Virus record (IMG/VR): IMGVR_UViG_3300021964_000016
Source of the DNA: a virus
Strand: one strand, 5' to 3'
DNA length: 64,000 nt
The translations under genes and the position numbers were made by a program. The notes beneath the pieces were generated by a model. That model was not told where the DNA came from. It did not search any database and was given only the letters and a program-made list of their open reading frames with translations. Of this stretch, positions 28,341-37,903 are shown in pieces (the stretch's first letter is position 1; every line of letters starts with the position of its first letter).

Positions 28341-28589
28341 TTATGCTGCGCCTACAGCGGCATATGCAGCAGCAACCATGGCACGAGTAGGAGTACCAAG
28401 ACGGTAGAAAGTCTTTGACTCACCCTTGCTGTTCGTTCGCTGGTTTGCATAGATAGCATAACCCTTTGAACGAAGACTTCGAACAACCTCACGGGGATTG
28501 CCAGAAGAGAAACGAGCAGCGATTTGCTTAGCAGTCAGTTGCTCACCGTTTTGAAGTGCTTCAAGCACACGTTCAGTCTTAGTCATCAT
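28341..28589 (-). CDS. winged-helix/HTH DNA-binding protein
   Basis: LTAKQIAARF...VVRSLRSKGYAI...YRLG pattern. Confidence 0.7.
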   Translation of the reverse strand: MMTKTERVLEALQNGEQLTAKQIAARFSSGNPREVVRSLRSKGYAIYANQRTNSKGESKTFYRLGTPTRAMVAAAYAAVGAA

Positions 28590-28654
28590 ATAACTCCATA
28601 TTTGACTGTTTAGTTAATGTGTTCTTTGTTGAAGGCGAACACGATACCTTATCC

Positions 28655-28731
28655 TGGTCGGAGATGTAGGATTCGAACCTACGACCCTTCGCTCCCAAAG
28701 CGAATGCGCTACCAGACTGCGCCAATCTCCG
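28655..28731 (-). tRNA. tRNA-Pro(TGG)
   Basis: acceptor stem CGGAGAT/ATCTCCG, anticodon arm TTCGC-TT-TGG-GA-GCGAA, GGTTCGAATCC T-arm and encoded CCA; 77 nt. Confidence 0.95.
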
Positions 28732-28739
28732 AAGAATTC

Positions 28740-29231
28740 TCATGGTATAAAGTCTATTATCAATACAATCCGATCTTGATCGGTTTTGTTCCAAGCAGAG
28801 TGGCGTTCATAATCATCGAACACCATACACTCTCCATTCTTCCATTTATAGGATACACCGCCAATAGTAATACCACAATCACCTTCTGGTATGTCTATGC
28901 CTAAATGTAACCTATGCCAATCTCCCCTTATACCGTTATGTTCAGGAACAAACGCTCCTGCTTGTAACCGAGAGAAACTCGCTGCACGGTGATAAGGGAT
29001 ATGCTTGTCGATGATACCTTTAGTGAAGGGAAGATTTTCCGCGTACCCTTCAACCGCCAGTCCCATTGGCCAATCATAGATTGGTAATACTTGCCACTTC
29101 TTATCTTCGTTTAAGTCTGGTTCAAACCACTGCATATGTTCTAGAGTAGATCGATAATACTCTTCGCGAATGCCTTTCCAATTACTTTCAAGAGCATCCA
29201 CGAAATCGTATTCAGACTTATCGAAGATCAT
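28740..29231 (-). CDS. aspartyl/asparaginyl beta-hydroxylase-family 2OG-Fe(II) oxygenase
   Basis: FSRL..G...PEH, RLHLGIDIP and FDD...HSAWN...RIVLIID. Confidence 0.85.
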   Translation of the reverse strand: MIFDKSEYDFVDALESNWKGIREEYYRSTLEHMQWFEPDLNEDKKWQVLPIYDWPMGLAVEGYAENLPFTKGIIDKHIPYHRAASFSRLQAGAFVPEHNGIRGDWHRLHLGIDIPEGDCGITIGGVSYKWKNGECMVFDDYERHSAWNKTDQDRIVLIIDFIP

Positions 29232-29443
29232 TACTCGTTTTCAGAGTGGAACTGTTCACACATCTGGGCGATTTGTACACATTGGTCGCGCAATTGACCA
29301 ACAGCGGACAACTCCTCACCCTTTACTGCGCCACGACCACACATAGCGTCGATCACTGAGATCATAGTACGCGATGCTCGGAAAGAAGCGTCGTAGATTG
29401 GGCGAACATCGTCGACCTTGAATGTCTTTTCTTTTTCTGCCAT
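29231..29443 (-). CDS. hypothetical protein
   Basis: start MAEKEK after GGAG; follows gp45. Confidence 0.65.
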   Translation of the reverse strand: MAEKEKTFKVDDVRPIYDASFRASRTMISVIDAMCGRGAVKGEELSAVGQLRDQCVQIAQMCEQFHSENE

Positions 29444-29447
29444 GAGA

Positions 29448-30122
29448 TTATTCTCCGTAAGTTGAGGATTTTTCAAGAGCGATGTAGTAACATACATCAA
29501 CGCTTTCGTTAGTAAATTTGGAAATCAGACGAGAGGAAATCTCAACATCATAATTACCAGATAACAATTGCAGGTTAGCAATGTTCATAACGAAAGAGAA
29601 CTGCTCTGAATCGTATGAACCTGGAACCGTGATATTGAAAGCATTGGAAGTATCGTCTGTGTTATCAACAACAGACAACAAAACCCCACCTTCAGTAGCA
29701 GTAATTGTCATCTTCTCGTGACCCAACGTACCAGCGGCACGTCGAACCCTTCCCAAAGTTGCCTCGTCCAGTTTGAAACAAACTTCAGACTCGGGCATAG
29801 GAATATCTTTGGAGACAGTAGTTAGGATGTCTGCATCAGAGTAAAAATACTTAACGTTCGATCGACCACTAGAATCCTTTACAGTTACAAACTTGTCGCC
29901 AAGATCAAGGGTTGGGTCTTCTACCAAACTCAAAGCAGACAAGAACTGGTCTACATCATAAATTCCAAAAGACTTATCGAAAGACTGATTCAGTTTTGCA
30001 ACTGCCATTACGTTCTTGGCATCAGAAATTGTCTTAACAGTATTGCCTTCTAAGATTAGAAGGTTCTTTTGGATACTGGCGAAGTTCGCCAGAACTTCCA
30101 TAGTTGTTTCATTTAGTTGCAT
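29448..30122 (-). CDS. 45: DNA polymerase sliding clamp (gp45)
   Basis: LANFASIQ, FGIYD..FL, G.YDV.IS and YYIALE. Confidence 0.92.
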   Translation of the reverse strand: MQLNETTMEVLANFASIQKNLLILEGNTVKTISDAKNVMAVAKLNQSFDKSFGIYDVDQFLSALSLVEDPTLDLGDKFVTVKDSSGRSNVKYFYSDADILTTVSKDIPMPESEVCFKLDEATLGRVRRAAGTLGHEKMTITATEGGVLLSVVDNTDDTSNAFNITVPGSYDSEQFSFVMNIANLQLLSGNYDVEISSRLISKFTNESVDVCYYIALEKSSTYGE

Positions 30123-30151
30123 CACGCTCTCCTTTACAAGCAACAAATACT

Positions 30152-30179
30152 ATTATACACAAGTAGAATCAGATGTCAA
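30152..30179 (-). promoter_or_regulatory. sigma70-like promoter
   Basis: TTGACA-N16-TATAAT upstream of gp45. Confidence 0.65.
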
Positions 30180-31332
30180 GCGTTTCATTGACATTTTCTT
30201 CAGAGTCAAGACTCACAGTCTCGTCCACCTTGGTGTAGAGGTCACGGAAGGACAACTTGGTCTCTTCGTCGAAACGGTTGGTGCACATCTCGATCGCAGT
30301 CATACGGTCACCGAAGATTGCGTATGCTTTGACGATGTGAACCAGGCGGCGAGTCGAGATAATCTCGTCAACACCACCATCCATAAAGGTCTTGCGGATG
30401 ATATCTGCCCAGTCAACCAACTTCTGAAGATACTCGGTGTCCGACACGCCAACAGACGCTGCTAGTTTGTCGAGAATCTTGCGCTCGATAGCAGCAGAAG
30501 GATAATCCTGCTCACAGGTGATCGGGTATCGCTCAAGGAATGCTTCGTTGAGGATGTTAGTACCGATGAATCGACCATCGTCTGATCCTTTACCTTTGGT
30601 GTTGGCAGTAGCAACTACCGTGAACCCAGAGGCAGGTTGAATGTACTCACCAGTTTTCTTGATGAAGTATCCCTTGCCCTCAAGGATAGACTGAAGGCAC
30701 ATGACCTTCGCGGGATTAGCGAGATCAATCTCGTCGCAGAGCAGGACAGCACCTTGCTCCATTGCCTTGATTACTGGACCTTTGAAGAACTTGGTCTCGC
30801 CATCAACGAGTCGGAAACCACCGATCAGGTCATCCTCGTCTGTCTCGACGGTGAAGTTGACACGGATGACTTCACGTTTGGTGTGAGCACATACCTGCTC
30901 AACCATATAGGTCTTGCCATTACCAGACAGACCAGTAATGAAGATGGGATAGAACATATTGGACTTGATAATATCCCGAACCATCTTGAAGTTGCCGAAG
31001 GGAACATACAGATCGTCCTTTTCGGGAATCAGGTTATCCGTGAACCCGTCACTGCGCGCAGTCAGGGTGACAGTCGGTTGTATAGGTGCGGGCGTTTTCA
31101 CAACAGCAGGTTTTGGGGCAGACACTTTGCGTGTCGCGACTGATTTACCGATAGGCGGAAAATGATATTCGCCATTTTCAGCAAGGTTGTTAGCATTCAA
31201 GATCCGATACAGAGAGGGTATACCATTCTCTTTGGCGACACGCTTCACCTCATCCTTGGATATTGTTCGGGGTTCATCACCATACATACCAGCGAAGATG
31301 TCGACTAACTGTTGTGCTTTACTCATAACCAT
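30169..31332 (-). CDS. cobS: MoxR/CobS-like AAA+ ATPase
   Basis: GLSGNGKT, LLCDEID, ATANTKG, NEAFLER and STRRL. Confidence 0.88.
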   Translation of the reverse strand: MVMSKAQQLVDIFAGMYGDEPRTISKDEVKRVAKENGIPSLYRILNANNLAENGEYHFPPIGKSVATRKVSAPKPAVVKTPAPIQPTVTLTARSDGFTDNLIPEKDDLYVPFGNFKMVRDIIKSNMFYPIFITGLSGNGKTYMVEQVCAHTKREVIRVNFTVETDEDDLIGGFRLVDGETKFFKGPVIKAMEQGAVLLCDEIDLANPAKVMCLQSILEGKGYFIKKTGEYIQPASGFTVVATANTKGKGSDDGRFIGTNILNEAFLERYPITCEQDYPSAAIERKILDKLAASVGVSDTEYLQKLVDWADIIRKTFMDGGVDEIISTRRLVHIVKAYAIFGDRMTAIEMCTNRFDEETKLSFRDLYTKVDETVSLDSEENVNETLDI

Positions 31333-31363
31333 TTCCTTTACTTAATCACCAATCTATATAACC

Positions 31364-31424
31364 ATTATACGGCAAAACGAACCCAAATACAAGTTTGAAA
31401 AACTCTTGTAAAATCAATAACTTA
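31364..31424 (-). promoter_or_regulatory. sigma70-like promoter with upstream IHF-consensus box
   Basis: TTGTAT-N17-TATAAT plus AATCAATAACTTA at 31412-31424. Confidence 0.6.
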
Positions 31425-33740
31425 GGCAACCCTCTTGACGATGTCGATGAGCATCTTTCGGGCGCGGAGAGCATTGTTCGCTGACTTCTTGAACGCAGTT
31501 CGAATCTTTGCCTTTGACTCGCCAGCAGAAACTTCATCCATAGAGTTGGTCGCGGGAACCAGTGCTTTCTGGTTGACGATGAACATCTCGTCGTATCCAG
31601 GAACCACGATGGAGTAGTGTTCACCCTTGCCTGCCTTCTTCCATGCTTCAGGGTCACTAAAGAATACGCCAGTCATACGACCAACGACTTGCTGGAATTT
31701 TGCCTTGCCACCAGTCTGGACGAAGTATCCAAGTACAGTGGAATCAGTTATATCTTTGTACATCTTGAGGTACAACTCGGTGCCGACCATAGGGCGATTA
31801 CCAACCCAACCCCAACGATAAGTCTTGTTGTTCCAAGCGCAACGAATAGAAGTCATCGTATTTCTCTGACGTGCCATATGGTCAACGTAATCCCAACCAG
31901 AGTTGGTTGTGAGAGGATGAGAGTATCCATCGGTCAGGGTTATCGTGTTCAGGTTGTCCAGACGATACTTGGTTCGAAACTCGAGAGCAATCGGAATCAG
32001 GTGATTGATTGCAGTATCAAGAGGAGTACCGCCAAGTCTGAATACTTCAGCAGGGTTACAACGAAGACGGTTTCCATAGAAGCACAAATCAGGATGAGAA
32101 CCAAACTCTTTAACCGCTGTCCTGCTGTGGTTAGAAGCACCAGAAACGAGCAGTGCACCTGCGATTTCAGCAAGGTCAGACTTGGACATTTTCTCGTTGA
32201 AGATCTCGATCAGTCGGCAATCTTGGTTGAATTGAAGAGAGTTATCCTCAGTTTCTTCGCCATTTCGCCGACCATTATAGGACAAAGAATCGGAGAAACC
32301 ATACACGCGGAAAGGCACGTTGATCTGACGACAGAACATGGTCATCAGTAGAGTCTGCTTGACCACGTCATAGAACACATCGTTCATGGAACCAGACATG
32401 TCGAGTAACATCAGGAAACCGTGATTCTTCCCTTCAGGTACAACGGTGACTTTCTTGAAGATATCTTCTGAAGTCTTGTAGTTGTTCATCTTGATGGTGT
32501 CGATGACACCAGACTTGGAAATGGTTGCTCGCTGGAACTCAGCAGCAGACTTTCGCATCTCGAATTCTTTGACCATCAGGTTGATTGCTTTCTTGTTCTT
32601 GCTGTACCAACCACTGAACAATATATTGCCGAAGTTTTTACCATATACGCTGTAATCTTTTGCACGAGACTCTAATGTGGAAAATCGCCATGAAGAAGTA
32701 TCATCTTCCCCAGCGATCAACTCACATCGGATGTCGGCGAGCACAGTCTTGTAGTCTACGACGATATCGCCTGATGCTTTGGGAAGTATCCAATTTCTTA
32801 CAGTACCGTCGAAGTTCTGAAACACTTCACGGTCGATGTTGTCGCGCAGGTTCTTGTCTGTCTGAGACTCGATTGCCTGTTCGGTTGAAGTGTCAGATCG
32901 CCCACCCTGCTCGCCACCAGTTTCAGTGCCTGTCTTTTCATCCTGCTCGGGGGCAGTTTCTTCGCCAGTGCCAGTGGTGGCAGACTCAGGCGCATCAGCG
33001 TCGTCGTCTTCATCAGACTCTTCGCCCTGCTCTTCCTGCTGGGGTTTGTCGCTGAAGAGTTCGTCAAACTCATCCATCTCTTCGTCGTCGAAGTCATCAA
33101 CACCAGACATGCCAGCACCATCCTCGTCACCTTCTTCATCTTCGTCGGTGTCGGGGTCATTCGCCATTTCCTGTTCTTTCTGCTCCTGCTGCTCTTTGGC
33201 GAACTGGAACAATTCTTCAGTGAGGGCAACAACTTCTTCCCACGTCTCGAGTTTCTCGATGCGCGGCAACCAGTGTTTCTCGTCTGCTGCGAACTGAACG
33301 CCAGCAGACATACCGCACTTGAAGTAGGTGTTGATTCGGTCGATCAGACCCATCTTGTTGATGGTATCAAGGTCAGCACCGAAGAAACCGTCAGCGAACA
33401 GTTTGCGGTATGACTTGATGAAAGAACCACGAAGTCCAGGATACTTGCGCTGAATCAGTTTCTCGATTCGGGCATCCTCGACCACGTTGAGATATGACTT
33501 GAAAGAAGGACCACGATCGCACACAGCGTCATGCCAACCTTCAAGGGGAGTGAAGAGCGCGTGACCGACTTCGTGTCCAATCAGGTGGTCTTCGGTGTGC
33601 TTGGAAACGTCCGCCCACATGGGGAGAGTGAGTACACGATTCTTGACATCGAATGAAGCAGTAGAAACCTTGTCCTGAACCACTGATATATTCTCGGTGG
33701 CAAGCAGTTTTGCTAGGGTAGATTTGTTTGCTTCATTCAT
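31422..33740 (-). CDS. CobT-like metallopeptidase/VWA protein (MoxR partner)
   Basis: HEVGH and NVVEDARIE, an acidic linker, and MIDAS motifs DMSGSM, GGTPL and LTDG. Confidence 0.82.
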   Translation of the reverse strand: MNEANKSTLAKLLATENISVVQDKVSTASFDVKNRVLTLPMWADVSKHTEDHLIGHEVGHALFTPLEGWHDAVCDRGPSFKSYLNVVEDARIEKLIQRKYPGLRGSFIKSYRKLFADGFFGADLDTINKMGLIDRINTYFKCGMSAGVQFAADEKHWLPRIEKLETWEEVVALTEELFQFAKEQQEQKEQEMANDPDTDEDEEGDEDGAGMSGVDDFDDEEMDEFDELFSDKPQQEEQGEESDEDDDADAPESATTGTGEETAPEQDEKTGTETGGEQGGRSDTSTEQAIESQTDKNLRDNIDREVFQNFDGTVRNWILPKASGDIVVDYKTVLADIRCELIAGEDDTSSWRFSTLESRAKDYSVYGKNFGNILFSGWYSKNKKAINLMVKEFEMRKSAAEFQRATISKSGVIDTIKMNNYKTSEDIFKKVTVVPEGKNHGFLMLLDMSGSMNDVFYDVVKQTLLMTMFCRQINVPFRVYGFSDSLSYNGRRNGEETEDNSLQFNQDCRLIEIFNEKMSKSDLAEIAGALLVSGASNHSRTAVKEFGSHPDLCFYGNRLRCNPAEVFRLGGTPLDTAINHLIPIALEFRTKYRLDNLNTITLTDGYSHPLTTNSGWDYVDHMARQRNTMTSIRCAWNNKTYRWGWVGNRPMVGTELYLKMYKDITDSTVLGYFVQTGGKAKFQQVVGRMTGVFFSDPEAWKKAGKGEHYSIVVPGYDEMFIVNQKALVPATNSMDEVSAGESKAKIRTAFKKSANNALRARKMLIDIVKRVA

Positions 33741-33767
33741 GCTCGTGTCTCCTCAACCAATACAGAT

Positions 33768-33828
33768 ATTATCGCTCAAACCGTGTACAAATACAAGTTT
33801 GAAAAAGTCGTGTAAAAACAACAACTTA
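33768..33828 (-). promoter_or_regulatory. sigma70-like promoter with IHF-like box
   Basis: TTGTAT-N17-GATAAT plus AAACAACAACTTA (one mismatch). Confidence 0.55.
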
Positions 33829-33993
33829 GAGCAACACATCTTCTTCAAGGATTTCGTCGATCTCAGTGTCGTCGAGACCCACCTGCTTGCAGCGGGCAAC
33901 GAACTGGTCGAGGGTGATGTACCCGTCGAGGAGCGACTCTACTTGGTCCAACAGGTACTCGCCTGTCCGACCACGATCATACCACTTTGACAT
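33826..33993 (-). CDS. 55-aa acidic protein
   Basis: manually translated MSKWYDRGRTGEYLLDQVESLLDGYITLDQFVARCKQVGLDDTEIDEILEEDVLL; AAGGAG RBS and own promoter. Confidence 0.7.
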   Translation of the reverse strand: MSKWYDRGRTGEYLLDQVESLLDGYITLDQFVARCKQVGLDDTEIDEILEEDVLL

Positions 33994-34022
33994 AACTATC
34001 TCCTTTATTTCAGTATAGAGAT

Positions 34023-34083
34023 ATTATCGCTGAAAATCAGTACAAAGTAAAGTAATAAAAAGTTCTTAAAAATCAACAACTTA
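34023..34083 (-). promoter_or_regulatory. sigma70-like promoter with IHF-consensus box
   Basis: TTTACT-N17-GATAAT plus AATCAACAACTTA at 34071-34083. Confidence 0.6.
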
Positions 34084-34618
34084 GAATGAAGTTGACTATC
34101 TCCTGTGTGTCAGAGGGAGTTTCATGACGCATCTCAATGACGCATCCTTTCTCCTCCCCGAACAGGGTCTGCTGGTCGCCGAAACGCTCAAGGATGTTGG
34201 CGCATTTGGTGCGGCAAGTCTGGATGAATTTCTCAGACTGGTCGGATCCTCGCTCTTTATATCGGCGTTCACGTTCAGCGGTCGATACAGTTAGGTGGAT
34301 AATGGTGAGGTTGTCGCCGCATGCTTCGAAGAAACCTGCGTTGTTCAAACGATCACCTTCGCCGACGATGAGTTCGTCGGGTTGAGTGGAGATCCACTCG
34401 ATTGCTTTGGGGGCAACTGCCATGCTCAGACGATCAGTACCACTGAAAGTCTCGCCTTCCTCATACTTGCCAAGGATACGGACAGTACCATTCACGTGAG
34501 TGTCAAGAAGGTCAATAGGTCGATCTTGCTTCCACTCACCACATTGAGTCTTCATAAACTCTTTCATGATGGTGGACTTGCCAGTTCCAGGAATGCCAAT
34601 AAGGTAGATCACTTTCAT
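34073..34618 (-). CDS. P-loop kinase of DNA-modification clusters (hydroxymethylpyrimidine kinase-like)
   Basis: GIPGTGKST, GTDRLSM and EGDRL; adjacent to the transferase-like gene. Confidence 0.75.
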   Translation of the reverse strand: MKVIYLIGIPGTGKSTIMKEFMKTQCGEWKQDRPIDLLDTHVNGTVRILGKYEEGETFSGTDRLSMAVAPKAIEWISTQPDELIVGEGDRLNNAGFFEACGDNLTIIHLTVSTAERERRYKERGSDQSEKFIQTCRTKCANILERFGDQQTLFGEEKGCVIEMRHETPSDTQEIVNFILSC

Positions 34619-34845
34619 TGGTTGGTGAATCTCCCGAATTCCATAATAAAGTTCTGTGCCATGATCTCTTTTTCAAAGTAAAAGGAATGTTGGTATATGT
34701 TGGTAAAAGATTTAAAATGCCAAGACTCTTTGCCCATTAATCTCTTGCACCAATCCTTTCCTTCTCGCTCAAGGTCGCTGTGCAAGGTGACTTCAAATCC
34801 AGGCATCCAACTATTCTTGTAATCGAATATCTGTTGTGGGGTCAT
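34615..34845 (-). CDS. hypothetical protein
   Basis: 76 aa; ATGA-coupled inside the operon. Confidence 0.7.
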   Translation of the reverse strand: MTPQQIFDYKNSWMPGFEVTLHSDLEREGKDWCKRLMGKESWHFKSFTNIYQHSFYFEKEIMAQNFIMEFGRFTNQ

Positions 34846-35813
34846 ACAAAAAAATCCTCTAACGCATTCGTTCTGTCCTTTGGGTGAAAGTCTCCCGTAT
34901 CAAGGAACAAATTGAATAGTTCTTTGTCTATTCTGCCCTTTAACCACTCTCGATCAATCGTTTCGTTTCTAGCATCCCACATAGGTGTCCAGTCAATCCC
35001 GTCCCAACCATCTCTCTCAACCTTTCGTATTTCTTCTGATTGTCGATCAAGGTAGTATCCAAGATATCGACCATGTTTTCTACGGAATAGTTTTTTGAAG
35101 GAGCAGAGGCAGGTTTCCATGGCAAAGAAGTCTGCCTTATCAGCAACGTGAGGATATTTTAGTTTGGTTTCTTCTAACATTTCCTTTGCTTCACTTTCCA
35201 GAAATGCTATTTGATCTTTGTCCAACTTTTGATCTACCCAATCTTCTTTTCCTAGTGCGTAACATAGTCCGTTACGATGCGAACGAGAACCGCTATAGTC
35301 GTGCAACCAAAGACTATCAACATCAACTGGAATATCACAGCACTGTTTGAGCGTTTGGATATAAAACCAAGAAGAGTATCTACCAAATTTGTGAAACGCA
35401 TTAACTGTCTCCCAAACAGTATAGAAATCCTTTACGGGGTCTCCGACAAATCCTTGTGTGAGTGCATCGTGTTGTGTTCGTTCTCCAACATATCGCTGGT
35501 ACGAAACGAACTGATCTGCAAGATGTCCTTTATTCCATTTCGTGTCGGTTTGATAACGCAAGCGGCGATAATTGGTGTTATTCCAATCGCGAAGGCGATC
35601 AACGCCAACCAACTCCATGTCGGGGAATTCGTTCCAAACCACATAGGCAGTTGGCCAATAATAAGTTGTTCCATAAATCCAAGTTATCCAGAGTCTTTGT
35701 TCTTTGTTGTATTCAAAACGATCAAAGAAGTATTTAGTCATGTACAATGCAGGGTCGCAGTCTTCTATTTCAAGACTGCGACCGAACCACTCTACAAATT
35801 TTTCTTTATACAC
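34842..35813 (-). CDS. amino acid:DNA transferase-like protein (aGPT-Pplase2 type, HhH-glycosylase fold)
   Basis: DCDP, KFGRYSSWFY and METCLCSFKK...RYLGYY motifs; C-terminal LEDFFV. Confidence 0.72.
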   Translation of the reverse strand: MYKEKFVEWFGRSLEIEDCDPALYMTKYFFDRFEYNKEQRLWITWIYGTTYYWPTAYVVWNEFPDMELVGVDRLRDWNNTNYRRLRYQTDTKWNKGHLADQFVSYQRYVGERTQHDALTQGFVGDPVKDFYTVWETVNAFHKFGRYSSWFYIQTLKQCCDIPVDVDSLWLHDYSGSRSHRNGLCYALGKEDWVDQKLDKDQIAFLESEAKEMLEETKLKYPHVADKADFFAMETCLCSFKKLFRRKHGRYLGYYLDRQSEEIRKVERDGWDGIDWTPMWDARNETIDREWLKGRIDKELFNLFLDTGDFHPKDRTNALEDFFV

Positions 35814-37263
35814 TAATATCTCTCGCGTTGATATAAAATAGTTCTGAACCTTCTCCTTTGGTTAAATAAGGCAGCACATATATATGAATATCTGGGCAAA
35901 CTTGTCTTTCAACCATAAGATCTTTTTTGAAGATTGATAAGATATGATCTCTGTCTTCAGTTATCTTTTCTCTTGGCACGTGACAAACTAAAACGCCAAC
36001 TTCTCCATTTTCTCTGTAGTTTCTTATTGCCGCACTATGGCAGTTACCAATCTGTGCGACACTAAATTCACCTTTACCAACAGATTTCACTTTGTATTTT
36101 CTCTTCAAATCTTTTATGAAAGATTCTCGACTTTGCCCCATGAGTCGGTTCACACTTTGCACACCCACATACTTTGCGTCTAACGCAGAGAGAGTTTTCT
36201 CAGAAACAAGTTGTTTCTCAATTGAACTAAATGCCGACTTAATCTTCGGGTCTGAATAATAGGAATCTCGTAAAATACTTCTCAGTTTTTTCTTTGAAAC
36301 GTTGTCGTTTAGCAAGTTGAGTTTTCTTTCCCAACTAACCTCAACCCCTTGTTTTTTGATCATATCCTCTAAATGGAAATGTAAACTCTGTTTGGCATCA
36401 TGCCCATCATTGACTTTATTTGTTTGGGTGTTATTATTGACTCGGTCTAGGAACTGTCTTACTAATCCGATATCACTATTGAAGTGAATTTTATAGTCCA
36501 TTCTGACAACGTACATAGAGTCTATGCCTATCTTGTGACAAACCTCAGTGCTATGATGTCCGTTACCTATGACCTCTTCTGGCATTGAGGGATAATCGTT
36601 TACCAATAAGACTGGTTTACAGTTTGCCGTTGGATCAATACCTCTAGAACGCTCGTCTTGGAATTTTTCCGTGAGTGTTTTTATATGAGAATCATCGTGA
36701 ACCTGGTTTCTAACTTGAATATTGTATCCATTTTTGATTTTTAAATACAAAGTTGAAACCATCTCTTTTTCTTTATTACTCTCATCATAATAAAAATTTT
36801 CTAATCTGGAAAGTATTTCTTCTGCGCTTTGCTGCTTTCCGACTTTGTAGTTCTCGACATCTTCTACGATTGACGCGACTGTGTCACGAACTTGTTTAGT
36901 GTCATAAGAAGTCAAGTCATACTCGCCCAAATCTAATCCGCTACCGTTTGATTCGTTATAAAAAGTTTCACGTCGTTTTGCATTCAGAGCTTGCAATACC
37001 CTTGTCTCAACTAACAGTGCGTGACCCGTGAGCATAGGAGATCCGTCTGATAATTGGTTCCAGTCTAAAACCCTGTCGAGGTCAGGTGAATCGTTCAAAA
37101 AATTGCTAGTTTTACAAGAACCCACATAAGCAGAATTTATTTCTTTAGTGTCTAACCCAAAATACTTGTGCCCAAACCTTGTTGAGATAGGGTTTGTGTT
37201 ACAGGTCAAATAAACGCCGGAGGGTTTTGACAAAAAGGGATTACTGTTTTGTTGATACGTCAT
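35806..37263 (-). CDS. uncharacterised protein with degenerate GIY-YIG/Seg-like N-terminus and ParB-like middle domain
   Basis: GVY...YVGS...E..VL...FYN..NG and QVR...PVLLV...NGHH; own promoter. Confidence 0.5.
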   Translation of the reverse strand: MTYQQNSNPFLSKPSGVYLTCNTNPISTRFGHKYFGLDTKEINSAYVGSCKTSNFLNDSPDLDRVLDWNQLSDGSPMLTGHALLVETRVLQALNAKRRETFYNESNGSGLDLGEYDLTSYDTKQVRDTVASIVEDVENYKVGKQQSAEEILSRLENFYYDESNKEKEMVSTLYLKIKNGYNIQVRNQVHDDSHIKTLTEKFQDERSRGIDPTANCKPVLLVNDYPSMPEEVIGNGHHSTEVCHKIGIDSMYVVRMDYKIHFNSDIGLVRQFLDRVNNNTQTNKVNDGHDAKQSLHFHLEDMIKKQGVEVSWERKLNLLNDNVSKKKLRSILRDSYYSDPKIKSAFSSIEKQLVSEKTLSALDAKYVGVQSVNRLMGQSRESFIKDLKRKYKVKSVGKGEFSVAQIGNCHSAAIRNYRENGEVGVLVCHVPREKITEDRDHILSIFKKDLMVERQVCPDIHIYVLPYLTKGEGSELFYINARDISV

Positions 37264-37302
37264 AATAACTATCCTTACAATTAAGTTACACAATACAGAT
37301 GT

Positions 37303-37363
37303 ATTATGCTATAACCGTTAATCAAAGTAAAATATCGAAAACCCCTGTAGAATCAACAACTTA
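37303..37363 (-). promoter_or_regulatory. sigma70-like promoter with IHF-consensus box
   Basis: TTTACT-N17-CATAAT plus AATCAACAACTTA at 37351-37363. Confidence 0.6.
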
Positions 37364-37903
37364 CAGAAACCCTTCCAGTCCAAGGGGTTCGTCAGCGAAT
37401 ACTTCAACACATCCTCCCTTGCCTTTTTTGTGTACTGCTTCATAGATCGGTTTATTTTCTAGACTATAATCGCCGTCAAAGAAGGTGTCACCAGTAATCC
37501 GAAACATAGATAATTGACACCCACTCTTTTGCTTCCCGAGCATAGTGAACCCAATTCGCTCGTAGAACTTTACAGCGTCAGGTTCAGCGGATACTCTAAA
37601 ATACAAAGCAGCGTTCTGTCTCGCAAAGCGGAGAGAGTCCTCGCAAAGAATACGACCAACCCCCTTACCTCTATGTTTAGCAAAGGTGTGAAGAAGTTGT
37701 AGGTTTGCTACTTTTGGGGAACGTTTGCTTATTGTTGTAATGATTGCACCTAGAAGAGAATCATCCTCATCCCAAGCACCTATACAAAAACTCCATTGCT
37801 CCTGCATATTTGCCTTGGCGACAAAAGTTTTTGCAAACTTGTCAGCAGGATCATCGGTTATTGCGTTTTTAAATTGTTCAGCAGAACATTCACGCAACTT
37901 CAT
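37361..37903 (-). CDS. GNAT-family acetyltransferase
   Basis: HRGKGVGR acetyl-CoA motif A and AVKFYERIGF. Confidence 0.88.
   Translation of the reverse strand: MKLRECSAEQFKNAITDDPADKFAKTFVAKANMQEQWSFCIGAWDEDDSLLGAIITTISKRSPKVANLQLLHTFAKHRGKGVGRILCEDSLRFARQNAALYFRVSAEPDAVKFYERIGFTMLGKQKSGCQLSMFRITGDTFFDGDYSLENKPIYEAVHKKGKGGCVEVFADEPLGLEGFL

Noticed and set aside
28579-28794. 71-aa ORF
   Set aside because: It overlaps the tRNA-Pro gene and is spurious.
32880-33200. Low-complexity repeat-like DNA
   Set aside because: It simply encodes the acidic linker of the VWA protein.
30169-33740. Cobalamin biosynthesis (cobS/cobT)
   Set aside because: No CobN or other cob genes are present; a generic MoxR/VWA pair explains the motifs.
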